Shown here: piece by piece, positions 11,281-23,142 of the stretch
Position numbering within the stretch: position 1 is the first letter of the stretch
Layout: each line of letters opens with the position of its first letter
DNA from: Lama glama
Lineage: Eukaryota
Reading direction: 5' to 3'
Assembly (NCBI GenBank): GCA_028534125.1
Contig: CM052816.1
Coordinates: 57,476,001 to 57,540,000, forward strand
Length of the DNA: 64,000 nucleotides
The notes under the pieces: model-generated
The model's database searches: none
What the model saw: only the letters and a program-made list of their open reading frames with translations
What the model was told of the DNA's origin: nothing
Position numbers and translations under genes: made by a program

Positions 11281-14200
11281 TGTCATATAACTCACTTTGG
11301 TAAACACGCTTTTACAGCTTAGCCCCTCTGGTCAAGCTCTCACTTCTGAAAGTCAGTCTGTCAGGGGCAGACTCCCTCCAACAGCATGTCTCTGAGAGGT
11401 ACCCAACCAACAGTAGTCTCACTTGAGTAACCACGCTTCTACAGATGATGTCAACCCAGTTATACCTCTGAGAGTTCACCAATTCCTGAACTTTGTGCTT
11501 CCCTAACTTCTTACATAGTATAAGACTGGCAATGTGTTCTGCTTGAAAAGACTGTGTCTGACTAGCATCTCTTACTATGACAAGCAATAAATTAGCTTTG
11601 TCTTTTTATTTCAGATGTTGAGTGATGGTCTCATTGGACAGTTTTGGAGGTTCCACTGAGATTATTTTGAAGACCCTCATTTGGCAGCATTCCAGGAAAC
11701 CCTGAGGCCAACAGGTACACTCATAGGACACCTTGTGCCAAAATTCTGTTTACTCTTCAGATATGTTGTCAAGTGAGTCATTTTCAACCATAATCTGATC
11801 TCTGACTAGTTAGTTACATTGAGTTCATGTTGCTGACTTTATTTTGTTATTCTAGGATTTGTAACCAAATATGTCTTTCTTTAGGCCTAAATCTTTGTAC
11901 AGAGCAATGAGATCTTTTGGTTTAGAGATATAACTTTTGCCAAGTAATTAGACCTAGGTCTTTGTATGAGATCATTAGACCTTTTGTTTCGGAGAGGTAT
12001 GCCATTTGAGAAATGGGTTTGGGTTTTTTGGGGGTTTTGTTTGTTTGTTTGTTGCCATTAACCTACTTATTCTCCTGCTGCTTGCCTTGCTTTTGCTGCT
12101 GTTTATCTATATGTACAAAGTCTTGTTTCATGTGTTTTTGCTTTGTCCTGGGTTGTTTTGTTTCTTTTGAATGTGTAAGGGAGTGTTCCATAGAGAACAG
12201 GTTGGAGGATAAGCCTGATAAGTTTTTAATTCAATGCAAGCCAGACTTAAGGGCTAATAGTTAGAGATCTGTTAGACCAGCAATCAATTTGTAAAAAAAA
12301 GAGTTTGCCATACTTTGTTTATGGTCCCCTATAAAGCCTTCATGAAGGCACACTCTCTTGTTAATTTGTTCACTTTGTTTTGTCCTTGCTCAAGAGTCAA
12401 GGATTGTCAGGTTGTTGATGGTATGGTGCCTTACCAGTCTCTGCTTGGTTGGGGAACCCTAATATCCTTCAAAAGCCCACATTGTAGACTGACTTCAGTG
12501 GTCTGTCTTTCTTGTGTGTTATGGGTTTATGTATGCCAAAATCTCTTGCTCCTCCTGGAAGAGCTTCTATTTCCTTTTAAGAAGCACTGTAATCTAACTT
12601 TTGCACTTTTCTTGATAAACAGCCCCCCAAGTTTTTTTGACTTAAAATAATGATGTCAAGTTTAGCATGTCCAAATCTTTAAATTAATATCATTAAGAAC
12701 TTTAAAAATATTAAGAGACAAAATACCAAATAATCAGTAGTCAACTTCTTTAATTGTCATGCTAAGACCTCAAAAAAATTCTAATGCAAGACAATCTCTC
12801 TCAAACATTTTGAAACGTGTTCACTTTGCATTTCTCTTTTGTTTTTGACTCAGCTTTATTTGGCTTTCTAAATGAGTTATTCTTTTTTCAGGGTTTTCTC
12901 AGGGAAAGAACATTTATGTTATAAAATTTCTAGACCAGAAGGTTGAATTAAAATTCTTATATAGAGCCAAGTTAAGGGACATAACTAAAAATTTTCCTAA
13001 ACTTTGGAATACAGGCAGAAATTTGGTACAGAATTTAATAATTTGTTACACAGTTAATTTCCTCTATTACATATTTGTACCAAATAGTTTATCTAATGCT
13101 TAGCATCTCACATAGGGAAGATGCTTAATAAGCAGAAAGATAGAAAAGATTTAAATCATCCAGTTATATAAACAAAAGAATTTGTCTTAAGAGAGCAATA
13201 AAAATGAAAAATTGACGACAGTTAGACAACTTTAGAAATAATTATTTAAAGGGAAAAAAATTGAAAAAAGATTCAAATTGTAAACAAAACAAAAATGAAA
13301 AATATACTTCAGAAAATATTCTAGAAGCTGGAGTAAACCCACAATTAGAGAGATGTATCTTCTCTTGTCATAAATGGGATCAAATCTGAAATAAGGAATT
13401 TAATAATAAAAAAGAAAGTAAAATATAAAATTTCCAATCTAGGAAATATTGCCGGAGCCTTAGGAAGTAAATAAGCTGAAACTCAGTAATGTTTGGCTCA
13501 CTAGTTAAAAAATAACTAAAAAGTTTTTGTTCTCTAAAATTTGGGAGCCTGTGGATAGGAAAACCTGTAGATATTGCAAATACAATGGCAATTGAAAGAA
13601 TTAATGTTCCATATGGGCTAAGACATAGAAGGACAATTATCCAACATGTGTCCATTGTTGCTGCTCCAGGGCGACATTAAACCCAGCACTTCCCTTTCCT
13701 TCTTCTAAACTCTCAAAAGGACTAATACAGCTTTTTTGTTGCTATGGAGCTATCATGTTTACCCTTAATCTCCTTACGATAGAACACCAGATCCCTAAGA
13801 ATAAAATCTTAAAGATGTTTGAAAACTAAGAAAGACTTTCAATACAAAAAAAGAGAGAGAAATTTTAACTTAAAGTAAAAATGACTGTGCCATGTGGTGA
13901 AAGAATATAACAAAAGACAAATTTGAGGGTATATAGTAAATTTTGGAAGGTGTGAGGAAAAACAAGGTTTATGTGCCTTGGCTTATTGAAAGCCCTAAAA
14001 TAATGAAAATTTCTAAGAATCCTAAGTCCTTTCCTGAGTCTCAACCTGTAATTGATACTTTGGAATCATGATCAGAAGGGCATTCCTTTCTTTTCTGTGA
14101 CACAATTCATGCAAATTTAATAGGTAGGGATTTACTTTGCAAATGGAGCCACTAGATCAAATGAACTGTAAAAGGATTACTTCTTAAAATCCCAGAAATT

Positions 14201-16850
14201 TTCTGACACACAACAAAATTATAGCTGATAGGGCTAATAATATTCCTCCACTATGTATGACCTAAGAAATCACTGAAGAAATAACTGGTCCCAGAATCCC
14301 AATGGGCAAAAGAGTCTATGAACACAGGCAGATTAATTAAAACAGAGCCCTTAAAAGTTTTCCTGGATTATATAAACTTTTCTTTTTTTGTACAATCATG
14401 AGAAAGTTAGACCATGCTCTAAAGGTCTTAACTCACCAACATGGCACATGCTTAAGACCTATTGCCTGTTATAAAGCCAGTCCCTTAATTCAGTAGCCAT
14501 TACTAAGCTGAGTTCCTCAGAACGATTACGGGCCTCAACTAAATACATGAAAAACATCTTCAGATCTTGTACTGTGGTTACCTTTAAATCCAATGTTAGC
14601 ATATATAGTAACTCTTTATTGCAAATGAAAAACACCTATCATATTTATACTAGTTAATTAATAAGTTATAAATACTGATGTTTTCTTCTTCTCATGTTAT
14701 TATCCTTTGGTGAAACACTCTTATTCTGGGACCTCTACAACCCTTACCCAATAGAGTCTGATTATGTTTCTAAAATTTAATGACCAGAACAGAATTTTTG
14801 CTCACTCCAGTATCAGCTGCTGACTTAATATTCTTTGTTGCTCCAATACTGACAATATTATTTGTTGATGGGTTTTATAGCAAAAAAAAAAAAAACCCTA
14901 CCAATGGACTAGAATAAAGATTCCAGAAATAAACTCTCATGTATATGGTCAAGTGATCTTCAACAGGGGTGCCAAGACCATTCAGTGGGGAAAGGACAGT
15001 CTCTTCAACCAATGGTGTTGGAGAAACTGGATATCCACATGCAAAGGAGTCAAGTTAGGCCCTAACTGTACACCATATACAAAAATTAACACAAAAATGT
15101 ATTAATGAACTAATAGAAGACCTAAAACTAAAATCCCTAGAAGAAAACTTATGGAAAAAGCTTCATGACATTGGTCTTGGCAATAGTTTCTTGGATATGA
15201 CACAAGAAAAGTCACGGGCAGCAAAAGGAAAAATAGACAAGTGGGACTACATCAACCTTAAAAACTTTTGTGTGCCAAAGAACACAATCAGCAGAGTGAA
15301 AAGGGAAAAAAATATTTGCAAATTAGATATCTGATAAGGAATTAAGATCCAGAATATATAAAGAACACCTACAACTAAGCAACAAAAAGTCAAATCTGAT
15401 TAAAAAATGGACAGAGGACTTAAATAGATATTTCTCCAAAGATAATATATAAATGCATGACAAGCATATATAAAAGATGCTCAGTGTCACTAATTATGAT
15501 CATCACAGAGAAATGCAAATCGAAACCACAATGAGATATCACCTTACCTCTATTATAATGACAAATATAAATTTAAAAAATAGAAAATAACAAGTGCTGG
15601 TGAAAATGTAGAGAAATTGAAACTCAGTGCATTGTTGGTAGGAGTATAAAATAATACAACTGCTAAGGAAATCAGTATGGAGATTCCTCAAAAATTATAA
15701 ATAGAACTATCATATGATTCGGCAATCCCATTCCTGGGTATATATCCAAAAGAATTGCAAGCAGGATCTCAAAGTGATATTTGCATACCCATTTCATAAT
15801 AGCATTATTCACAATAGCTAAAAGGTAGAATGGATAAACAAAATGTGCTATATATATACAATCAAATATTACTCAGCCTTAAAAAGGAAAGAAATCGTGT
15901 CACATACTATAACATGGATGAACCTTGAGGACATTATGCTAAATGAAATAATCCTGTCACAAAATAACAAATACTGTGTGATTACACTTATATGAGATCG
16001 AAAGTAGTCAAGTTCACACAAACAGAAAGTAGAATGGTGGTTACTAGAGGTTGGGGGGAGAAGGAAAAAGGAAATTGTTATTATAATGGGTATGAGTTTC
16101 AGATTTGCAAGATCAAAAAGTTCTGGAGATCTATGAATATCCTTAACACTACTGAACTGTTAAAAATAGTTAAGATGGTAAATTATATGTTATGTGTTGT
16201 TTTTTTTTTACCACGCACAAAAAGACCAGACTTGTTTAATAATGAGTAGAACGTTCCCTCTCATAAAATCCAATTCCTTACCAAATTGTTCAAACTGTTC
16301 AAATGACTGAACTGTGACCTTCTCTAGGGCATTTCAAATTACTAAAATAAAATTGTAAATATATAAATTAATAGCTGGTATTCTTTCAAAATAATTCACT
16401 TTTTAAAACTGCTATAGAAAAAAAGGTTTTAAAATCTTAGGTACTCTTTAAAAATAAATAATAAATACATTACTTACTGAGTGCCTTTGTGATACCTAAA
16501 ATAATTGCTGTAATAAAAGTTGAAACTCAAGGTAAAAGAAGTATTATAGAAGTTGGTACATCATGCTGTAGATACCTTAGAAATATTTCAGAAGTACTAT
16601 TAAAGTATTTTACCAGAATAGCAAACTAGATAGACTGGCAAAAGTCCTTAAACAAGGACTTCATATAAACAACAACAACAGAATAATAGTAAGTTCACAG
16701 GGAAGTTAAAGAATGCCATAATAGATACACAAAATCCGGACCCCCAAGTTCTTAAAAGAAACACTGGGAATGATCTGTTTTGAGATCCGTAAGGATAAGA
16801 TCCAGCAAAAACAGATCTATGGCACGAGAGGAAATCTCAAATTGACATTT
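11281..16850 (+). mobile_element. Decayed ERV1 provirus: 5' LTR (about 11281-11640), tRNA-Gln PBS and degenerate internal region; no clear 3' LTR
   Basis: LTR with TG...CA ends and AATAAA at about 11586. It is followed by TGGAGGTTCCACTGAGAT at 11645-11662, a 17/18 match to the tRNA-Gln PBS TGGAGGTTCCACCGAGAT. The right boundary is approximate. Confidence 0.7.
14895..16222 (+). mobile_element. 5'-truncated L1 (L1MA/MB-like ORF2 end and 3' UTR) nested in the ERV
   Basis: ccaatggactagaataaagattccagaaataaac...gggtgccaagaccattcagtggggaaaggacagtctcttcaac...aacatggatgaaccttgaggacattatgctaa...aaaatagttaagatggtaaat. Confidence 0.9.
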
Positions 16851-16991
16851 GCTAAAATTTATGAACCAGTTCATCACAGTCTGGATAAGTTTGCCATATT
16901 GTAACACCTTTCTCCTTTAGTGGTTTAAGGTATTCTACTAACTTAGCCTCTGATAGTTCCCTTCCTAGTAATAATGACTTGCCCTGTCTAG

Positions 16992-17235
16992 ACCAGGGTT
17001 TGTAAAGAATGGCTTCCAGAGCAAATCTGGCCTGCCACCTATTTTTGTAAATAAAGTGGAACTTTGTAAAATAAACTTATTGGAAAACAGTTGCAGTCAT
17101 TCTTTAACACATTGTCTATGGTTGCCTTTGCACTATATCAGCAGAGTTGATAAGTTGTGACAAAGAATGTATGGCTCACAAAGCCAAAAATATTTAATAT
17201 CTAGCCTTTTACAGAGGAAATTTGCTGACCTTTGG
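16992..17235. mobile_element. hAT-Charlie MITE (MER58-like)
   Basis: caggg...aaatctggcctgcc...tttttgtaaataaagt...gcagagttga...tttgctgacctttg. Confidence 0.75.
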
Positions 17236-17432
17236 CCTAAATAATTATCATCATAATGTTATAATTCAGCTCATCCAAGCTATTTTTAGTTCAGCCATTT
17301 TAATAAATGATATGAGTATACTGCTCTAACTTTACCAGTAATCATATTCTGTGCATACAATACATAAATGAAGGAAAAATGTCCATGCACTAAGGAAATT
17401 GAAAAATTAAAACAGTAATTTTTTTGTCATAC

Positions 17433-17557
17433 AATACTCAGAGATAATATGTTTGCAGCTCCATCAAAGTCAAGTTATCTCATGTACAGCTTTTTGCTCT
17501 TTTTTCTATGAAAGGAATCAGGCTTCTCAGTGCCAGTCCAGGACCAATATAATTATT
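17433..17557 (-). pseudogene. Candidate decayed exon, RGS helix 5-7-like
   Basis: Branch-like ctaac, acceptor aattcaacag, donor ATT|gtatga. Translates NNYIGPGLALRSLIPFIEKRAKSCT*DNLTLMELQTYYL*VL. Confidence 0.5.
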
Positions 17558-17597
17558 CTGTTGAATTATTAGTTAGGCCATTCCAAGGGCATGATTC

Positions 17598-18060
17598 TTG
17601 TGGTGGCCAGTATCCAAGATGGTCCCTAATAATTCTCACTTCTTGATATTCATGCCCTTGTATATCCCTTGTAGACTGTACCCCTCCTACATTGTATCAA
17701 GGTTGGCCTATGTGAACAATAAAATAAGGCAATAGTGTGGGTATGTCACTTCCAAAGTTAGGTTATAAAAGATGCTTTGCTGTCTAATATCATTCCCTAT
17801 GGGGGAAGTTAGCTTCCATGTTGTGAGCAGCCCAATGGAGAGGTCCGTGTGGCAAAGAACTGAAATATCCTGTCAATGGTCAGTGAGAAACCAAGGGCTC
17901 CAGTCAACAGCCATGTGAGTGAGTATTCTTGGGGCAAATCCTACAACCTTATTCAAGCCTTCAGCAAACTGTACCGTGGCTGATATCTTGACTGCAATCT
18001 CAAGAGGAATACTGAAACAGAATCGTCCTGATAAGATGGTCCCAGACCCTTGACCCTCCA
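17598..18060 (+). mobile_element. MaLR LTR (MLT1E/F-like)
   Basis: tgtggtggccag...caagatggtccctaataattctcacttcttgatattcatgccc...ggagaggtccgtgtggcaaagaactga. Confidence 0.75.
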
Positions 18061-18286
18061 TGTCTAAGCTAAAGGAAAGGCAACCTAGCTATCTAAAACA
18101 AACTCGAGAATCTTTGAGACTTTTTTCATGATCAGGTCTGGCAAATTTGGGATCATGGTTTTGAAATGCCTTCCAGTCCCTTCCAGTCATACTCACTTGT
18201 CTCACTGTTGTTAAATGTGTATATTCCAGAGTCTTAAATACTTTATTGCAGCCACTGTCCTGACGGATGATTCAACAAATAATTCA

Positions 18287-19189
18287 ATAGACCAGTGGAA
18301 CAGAATAGAGAGCCCAGAAATGAACCCACAAACTTTTGGTCAACTAATCTTCGACAGAGGAGGCAAGAATATACAATGGAATAAAGACAGTCTCTTNNNN
18401 NNNNNNNNNNNNNNNNNNNNNNNNNNNNNNNNNNNNNNNNNNNNNNNNNNNNNNNNNNNNNNNNNNNNNNNNNNNNNNNNNNNNNNNNNNNNNNNNNNNN
18501 NNNNNNNNNNNNNNNNNNNNNNNNNNNNNNNNNNNNNNNNNNNNNNNNNNNNNNNNNNNNNNNNNNNNNNNNNNNNNNNNNNNNNNNNNNNNNNNNNNNN
18601 NNNNNNNNNNNNNNNNNNNNNNNNNNNNNNNNNNNNNNNNNNNNNNNNNNNNNNNNNNNNNNNNNNNNNNNNNNNNNNNNNNNNNNNNNNNNNNNNNNNN
18701 NNNNNNNNNNNNNNNNNNNNNNNNNNNNNNNNNNNNNNNNNNNNNNNNNNNNNNNNNNNNNNNNNNNNNNNNNNNNNNNNNNNNNNNNNNNNNNNNNNNN
18801 NNNNNNNNNNNNNNNNNNNNNNNNNNNNNNNNNNNNNNNNNNNNNNNNNNNNNNNNNNNNNNNNNNNNNNNNNNNNNNNNNNNNNNNNNNNNNNNNGCAT
18901 TTCTTTGATAATTAGTGATATTGAGCATTTTTTCATGTGCTTATTGATCATTTGTATGTCTTCCTTGGAGAATTGCTTGTTTAGGTCTTTTGCCCATTTT
19001 TGGATTGGGTTGTTTGTTTTTTTCTTATTAAGTCATATGAGCTGCTTATATATTCTGGAGATCAAGCTTTTGTCGGTTTCATTTGCAATAATCTTTTCCC
19101 ATTCTGTAGGTTGTCTTTTTGTTTTACTTATGGTTTCCTTTGCTGTGCAGAAGCTTGTAAGTTTAATTAGGTCCCATTTGTTTATTCTT
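18287..19189. mobile_element. Young L1 ORF2 fragments in opposite orientation flanking a 500-N gap
   Basis: Plus strand 18287-18396: IDQWNRIESPEMNPQTFGQLIFDRGGKNIQWNKDSL. Minus strand 18897-19189: [33 protein letters not shown]. Confidence 0.9.
18397..18896. other. Assembly gap (500 N)
   Basis: Run of N. Confidence 1.
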
Positions 19190-19906
19190 TGAGCACGATT
19201 GTTTCTAAGATGTTCTAACAACATAATTAATACTATAGGTGACCGAGAATCTTCCAGAAGTGATGATGCATGAAGATTGATGTGTTTGGAGCCAAATTTG
19301 TCCAAAGGTGCAGTTTGGATAAAAAGTAGAGATAAGTAAGTTTGTGTTGACCTAAATGTGTGCTTCCTCCAGACTATGGTGTTTTTTATCTCAAAATATT
19401 AGACCAGTTTGAAGAAATGCAAGTTTATTTACATGCATGCACATCATTCTCGTATTTCTTGAAGATTCTACAAGATTCATTCACCTTAGGTGTGAAATAT
19501 GTTGCAGTACTTTTCACAGTGGTACATTAAAAAACTTTTTGTTATGGAAAATTTCAAGTATATAGAAAAGTAGAATAGTATAATGAACCCCTCCTTATGT
19601 ACCCATTACCCAGCTTTAACAATTTCATGGCTGAGATTTATCTGTATTTCCACCCACTTTCCTCAGTCCTAGATTATTTTAGAACAAATCCCAGACATCA
19701 TATTATTCTATCTGCAAATATTTCAAAGTATATCTTTAAAATATTAGGTACCATTATTTCACTTAAAATTTAGCAATAATTATTAACATTATAAAAGTTA
19801 TAGTTATTATTTACATTTCTCTATCTTGTTTCATTAGTTGGCTTTTGGGTAAGAATTCAAAAGATGGAGAGGGAAGGAAAAAGGGCATCTCAGAAAGAAA
19901 GGGACA

Positions 19907-20110
19907 AATAGATAAACAAGTTTCTACTGTATAGCACAGGGAAATATATTCAATATCTTATAGTAGCTTATGGTGAAAAAGAATATGAAAATGAATATAT
20001 GTATATTCACGTATGATGGAAGAATTGTGCTGTACATCAGAAATTGACACAACATTGTAAACTGACTATAACTCAATTAAAAAATTTACTACAAAAAAAG
20101 AAAGAAAGAA
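19907..20110 (+). mobile_element. Short 5'-truncated L1 3' end with (GAAA)n tail and TSD
   Basis: gataaacaagtttctactgtatagcacagggaaatatattcaata...aacattgtaaactgactataactcaat. Flanking repeat agaaagaaagg(g/a)aca at 19892-19906 and 20111-20125. Confidence 0.85.
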
Positions 20111-20125
20111 AGAAAGAAAGGAACA

Positions 20126-20487
20126 GGCGACTAGTGAGAGTGTAGGTGTGTTTGTGAGACTCATTTGCTCATGGCTGTTCTCATATGAATCAATTTTAAA
20201 ACCTGGACTTGGACAAAAACAATTCAGTCTGTTTAGAAATGTTTGATGATTTGTCAGAACCAATCAGTATGGTCTAAGTGGAACATTTTTAGAAGAAGGA
20301 GAACATATTTCCTCTCGTAAAATTGCATTATCTAGAGCAATTTTTTTAAACCAAGGCCTATCTGTGAAAAAGGTGAAAGAGAGCCCTGTTGAAAGATCTT
20401 GTTATTTCACAAAAATCTTAGTTGCTCTTTCACAGCCCTAAAAGTGGAATTGCCACATGAAATAGGGAAAAATTGTTCTCAATTGTT
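20126..20487 (-). pseudogene. Candidate decayed exon, RGS helix 4-8-like, cut by an L1 3' fragment
   Basis: Acceptor ccttttaaccatttag. Frameshifted pieces TIENNFSLFHVAI, GCERATKIFVK and QFYERKYVLLLLKMF occur in RGS order. Confidence 0.45.
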
Positions 20488-20597
20488 CTAAATGGTTAAA
20501 AGGTACCATCCATTATAGTGCTGCTTTTGTTTTTGCTATGTGACTTGTCAAGGCTGGGAGGGAATAAAATATGTTCTTGGATACGGTGATAAGAGAA

Positions 20598-20788
20598 AGA
20601 TATTTCTGCATTTGATTGCACTTAAGATGCCATTGACTGTAAGATGTACCATTATTTTATGTACCACTAAGAAAGGGGAAAAAAAAACACCTCTTGACTA
20701 AACTGTGGTACTATGTAAAATTCATTCTAATTTTAGAGTTGTTAAAATGTGAAAGTGAATGTGCATCTTAGAATCTATGATATATGGC
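20598..20788. mobile_element. Tc2-like MITE (MER104-like)
   Basis: taagatgccattgactgtaagatgtaccattatttt...gtgcatcttagaatctatgatatatgg. Confidence 0.55.
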
Positions 20789-21855
20789 ATTTATTGAGTG
20801 CCTTTTGTACAGAAGATTCTGTTCCTGATCCTTGACAAACATTGTCTCAATTAATTCATACAAAAACCTAGTGACATGAGTTTTCCTGTCCCCATTTTAC
20901 AGATGAGGAAAGTGAACCCCGGTAAAGCTAAAGACATTGGCTAAAGATCACATAGTTAGCAAGAGGAACAAGTGCCTCTTACATTCCTCTTTTCAAACTT
21001 TTGTTCTTAATCTTTGACTCTCCAGTCAAGCTGTGCCTTGATAAATTGTGGCATTCTTGAGAATCTGCAGCAGGTGGCCTATTTTCAGCTTGAGTACTTT
21101 TCATTTATGGCAGACCCTTATAGGACCTTCATGGTGAGGCAAAATCTCATCCTGCTCTAACTCAGATGGGCTTGGCCATGAGCTGAGTTTCATGAGCTAG
21201 GGAGCGGTTAGAGGAAGGGGAGGGTTGGCCTGGACCCAAAGTGGTTAGCTATTGGTCAACATGCAATATCCAAAAGGCCAAAGCAGATAATTCAGAACTG
21301 ACATAGTTAGGAATCCTTGCGAAAAGAATCCTCCAATGGATAGGGCAGTGTAGCAGGAGTTTCCAACTAGTGGCAAAATCCAAAATCTGATAAGGGGCCA
21401 TATATAGGTTCAAGACCCATTCGCTATTCTTGGAATCCAAGAGATGGATTGAACCACATATAGGAGGTTAGTGGGCTGAAACTCAGGACAAGCCTCTAAC
21501 CCCAGCAGGGAAATGGGTAGCTAGGAAAGCCCAGGTATAACCCCAGTTTTACCACCTGGACAGCGTGGTTGTAGGAGGAGGGAGCTATAGCTCAGTGGGT
21601 CTGTGGATCTTCAGGGCTTGAGAGCAGGTCCACTGGACACTAGACCTGAAACAGCATACCAACACACTGTTGTCAGGGTCCAGTCTGCTTAGATGGTTTC
21701 AGGGGCTAAGGCTGAACCAGAACAGCTGGAGAAGGAAGGCCCTCATATTCCTCACTTAGGAGGGGAACTAGGTGAAACTAGACAGGCAACAGTGAGATGC
21801 AGGTTGGACAATCCCATTCTTGCAACTTTTCTGCTTATGCTTTTTGAGCCCTCTA

Positions 21856-21938
21856 CTTTTTTTTTTTAACATTTTTTATTGAGTTATAGTCATTTTACAA
21901 TGTTGTGTCAAATTCCAGTGTAGAGCACAATTCTTCAG
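21856..21938 (-). mobile_element. Very short L1 3' end with 13-bp TSD
   Basis: Poly-T followed by aacattttttattgagttatagtcattttacaatgttgtgtcaaattccagtg. Direct repeat tttgagccctcta at 21843-21855 and 21939-21951. Confidence 0.85.
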
Positions 21939-22986
21939 TTTGAGCCCTCTATTTCAAGTTTAAGTCCCATTCAGGCTTTTATTAGTTGTGTGGCCATAGG
22001 ACAAGTCACTTAACCTCTGCTATCTTCAGTTTATAGTAAGAAAGAAATATCTAATTCATACATCAGTGTAGGGTTTAAGAAAGATAACTGATTACAAAGT
22101 TAGTCTCAATATGAGTTAGTTATTCTTCCTTCCAGCTCTCCCAGGCCATTCATTAAATGCCATTTGTGCAATTATCTACCCTTCTCCCACCTTAACAAGG
22201 CAACAATGATAATAATTTACACATGGTCTACAGTTTCTCCAAAGTTGTTCTATTCATTATCCTATTATCTCAGCTGATTTTTTGGATAGTCCATTGAAAT
22301 AGCTAGTAAAATACTATCCTTAACATTTAAAGCTATTTTAGTTAAATAGTAACATTTAATAGTAACAATTTTTTAAAAATTCCTTGTTATAGAGAGGAAA
22401 GAAAAAAGTTGACATATTGGTGGGAAAGTCTAAACTTGTCTTAACTTGCTTCTCTAAATCAGAGGAGAACTTTTGGGGAGTAGATGATTGAAGATAGTTT
22501 GAATTATAACCTGGATACTATGATACTAGGAATGTAAGTCACTGAGCTTTTAAATTATTACTTGAGTTATGTTAGTACAGATCTTTTGGGGTACACATTT
22601 GAATGCCAAATGGTTCTTGACTATCCAAAAAAATGGTTCTCTTGGTTTCCAGAGTGGGTCTTTAGCTGATATGTCTAATATCGCTGAGTTTCTGGCCAGA
22701 GGGTATTATTGTGTTCAATAGTAGCAGAATGCTAAAATGCCTTTTAATAAGACGGTTCTTTATTGCTTTTAAAATGCTCTTGGCTATTTTTGTTCTAAAC
22801 TACTGAAGCATACACTCAGGGAAAAGCAAAATACACCTAACACATAATATGGCTGAGAGCAGAACTCTGAGGAAATGAGACACGTGACAGGGAAACATTT
22901 ACTTTTGGGGTGAGACTTCTCTTTGTTTGAGGATGGACCACTTGAATGAATTCTTTTAGTAATGTATTTGTAAGGCAAACACTTAC

Positions 22987-23063
22987 CCGTTTTTCTCAGG
23001 GGAGCCCAGAAAGTAGGGTAATAACTCCAAATGCAAAAGCTTCAGAATAAGATATTAAGTGTT
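22987..23063 (-). pseudogene. Candidate decayed exon, RGS C-terminal helices
   Basis: Acceptor acattattaacag, donor CGG|gtaagt. Joined to the previous exon it reads HHFQ-NT*YLILKLLHLELLPYFLGSPE, which fits the RGS pattern F..AQ..I..LL..D..P.FL.S. Confidence 0.6.
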
Positions 23064-23142
23064 CTGTTAATAATGTAAATGTAATATATTAACAAGTTAA
23101 TGGAAAAAATTCCCCTAAATCTAGATTTAGACTGTCCTTTGC

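Larger units (their letters stand above)
18197..19314 (-). pseudogene. Candidate RGS-like exon interrupted by a young L1 insertion and a gap
   Basis: Polypyrimidine tract with a mutated acceptor (ccaa), donor CAA|gtgagt. Joining 19190+ to 18286- reads in frame [40 protein letters not shown]. Confidence 0.5.

Noticed and set aside
18215..19192. Long ORFs of 190-325 aa in the ORF track (also 60631-61579)
   Set aside because: Artefacts of reading through N runs. The real residues are L1 ORF2 fragments.
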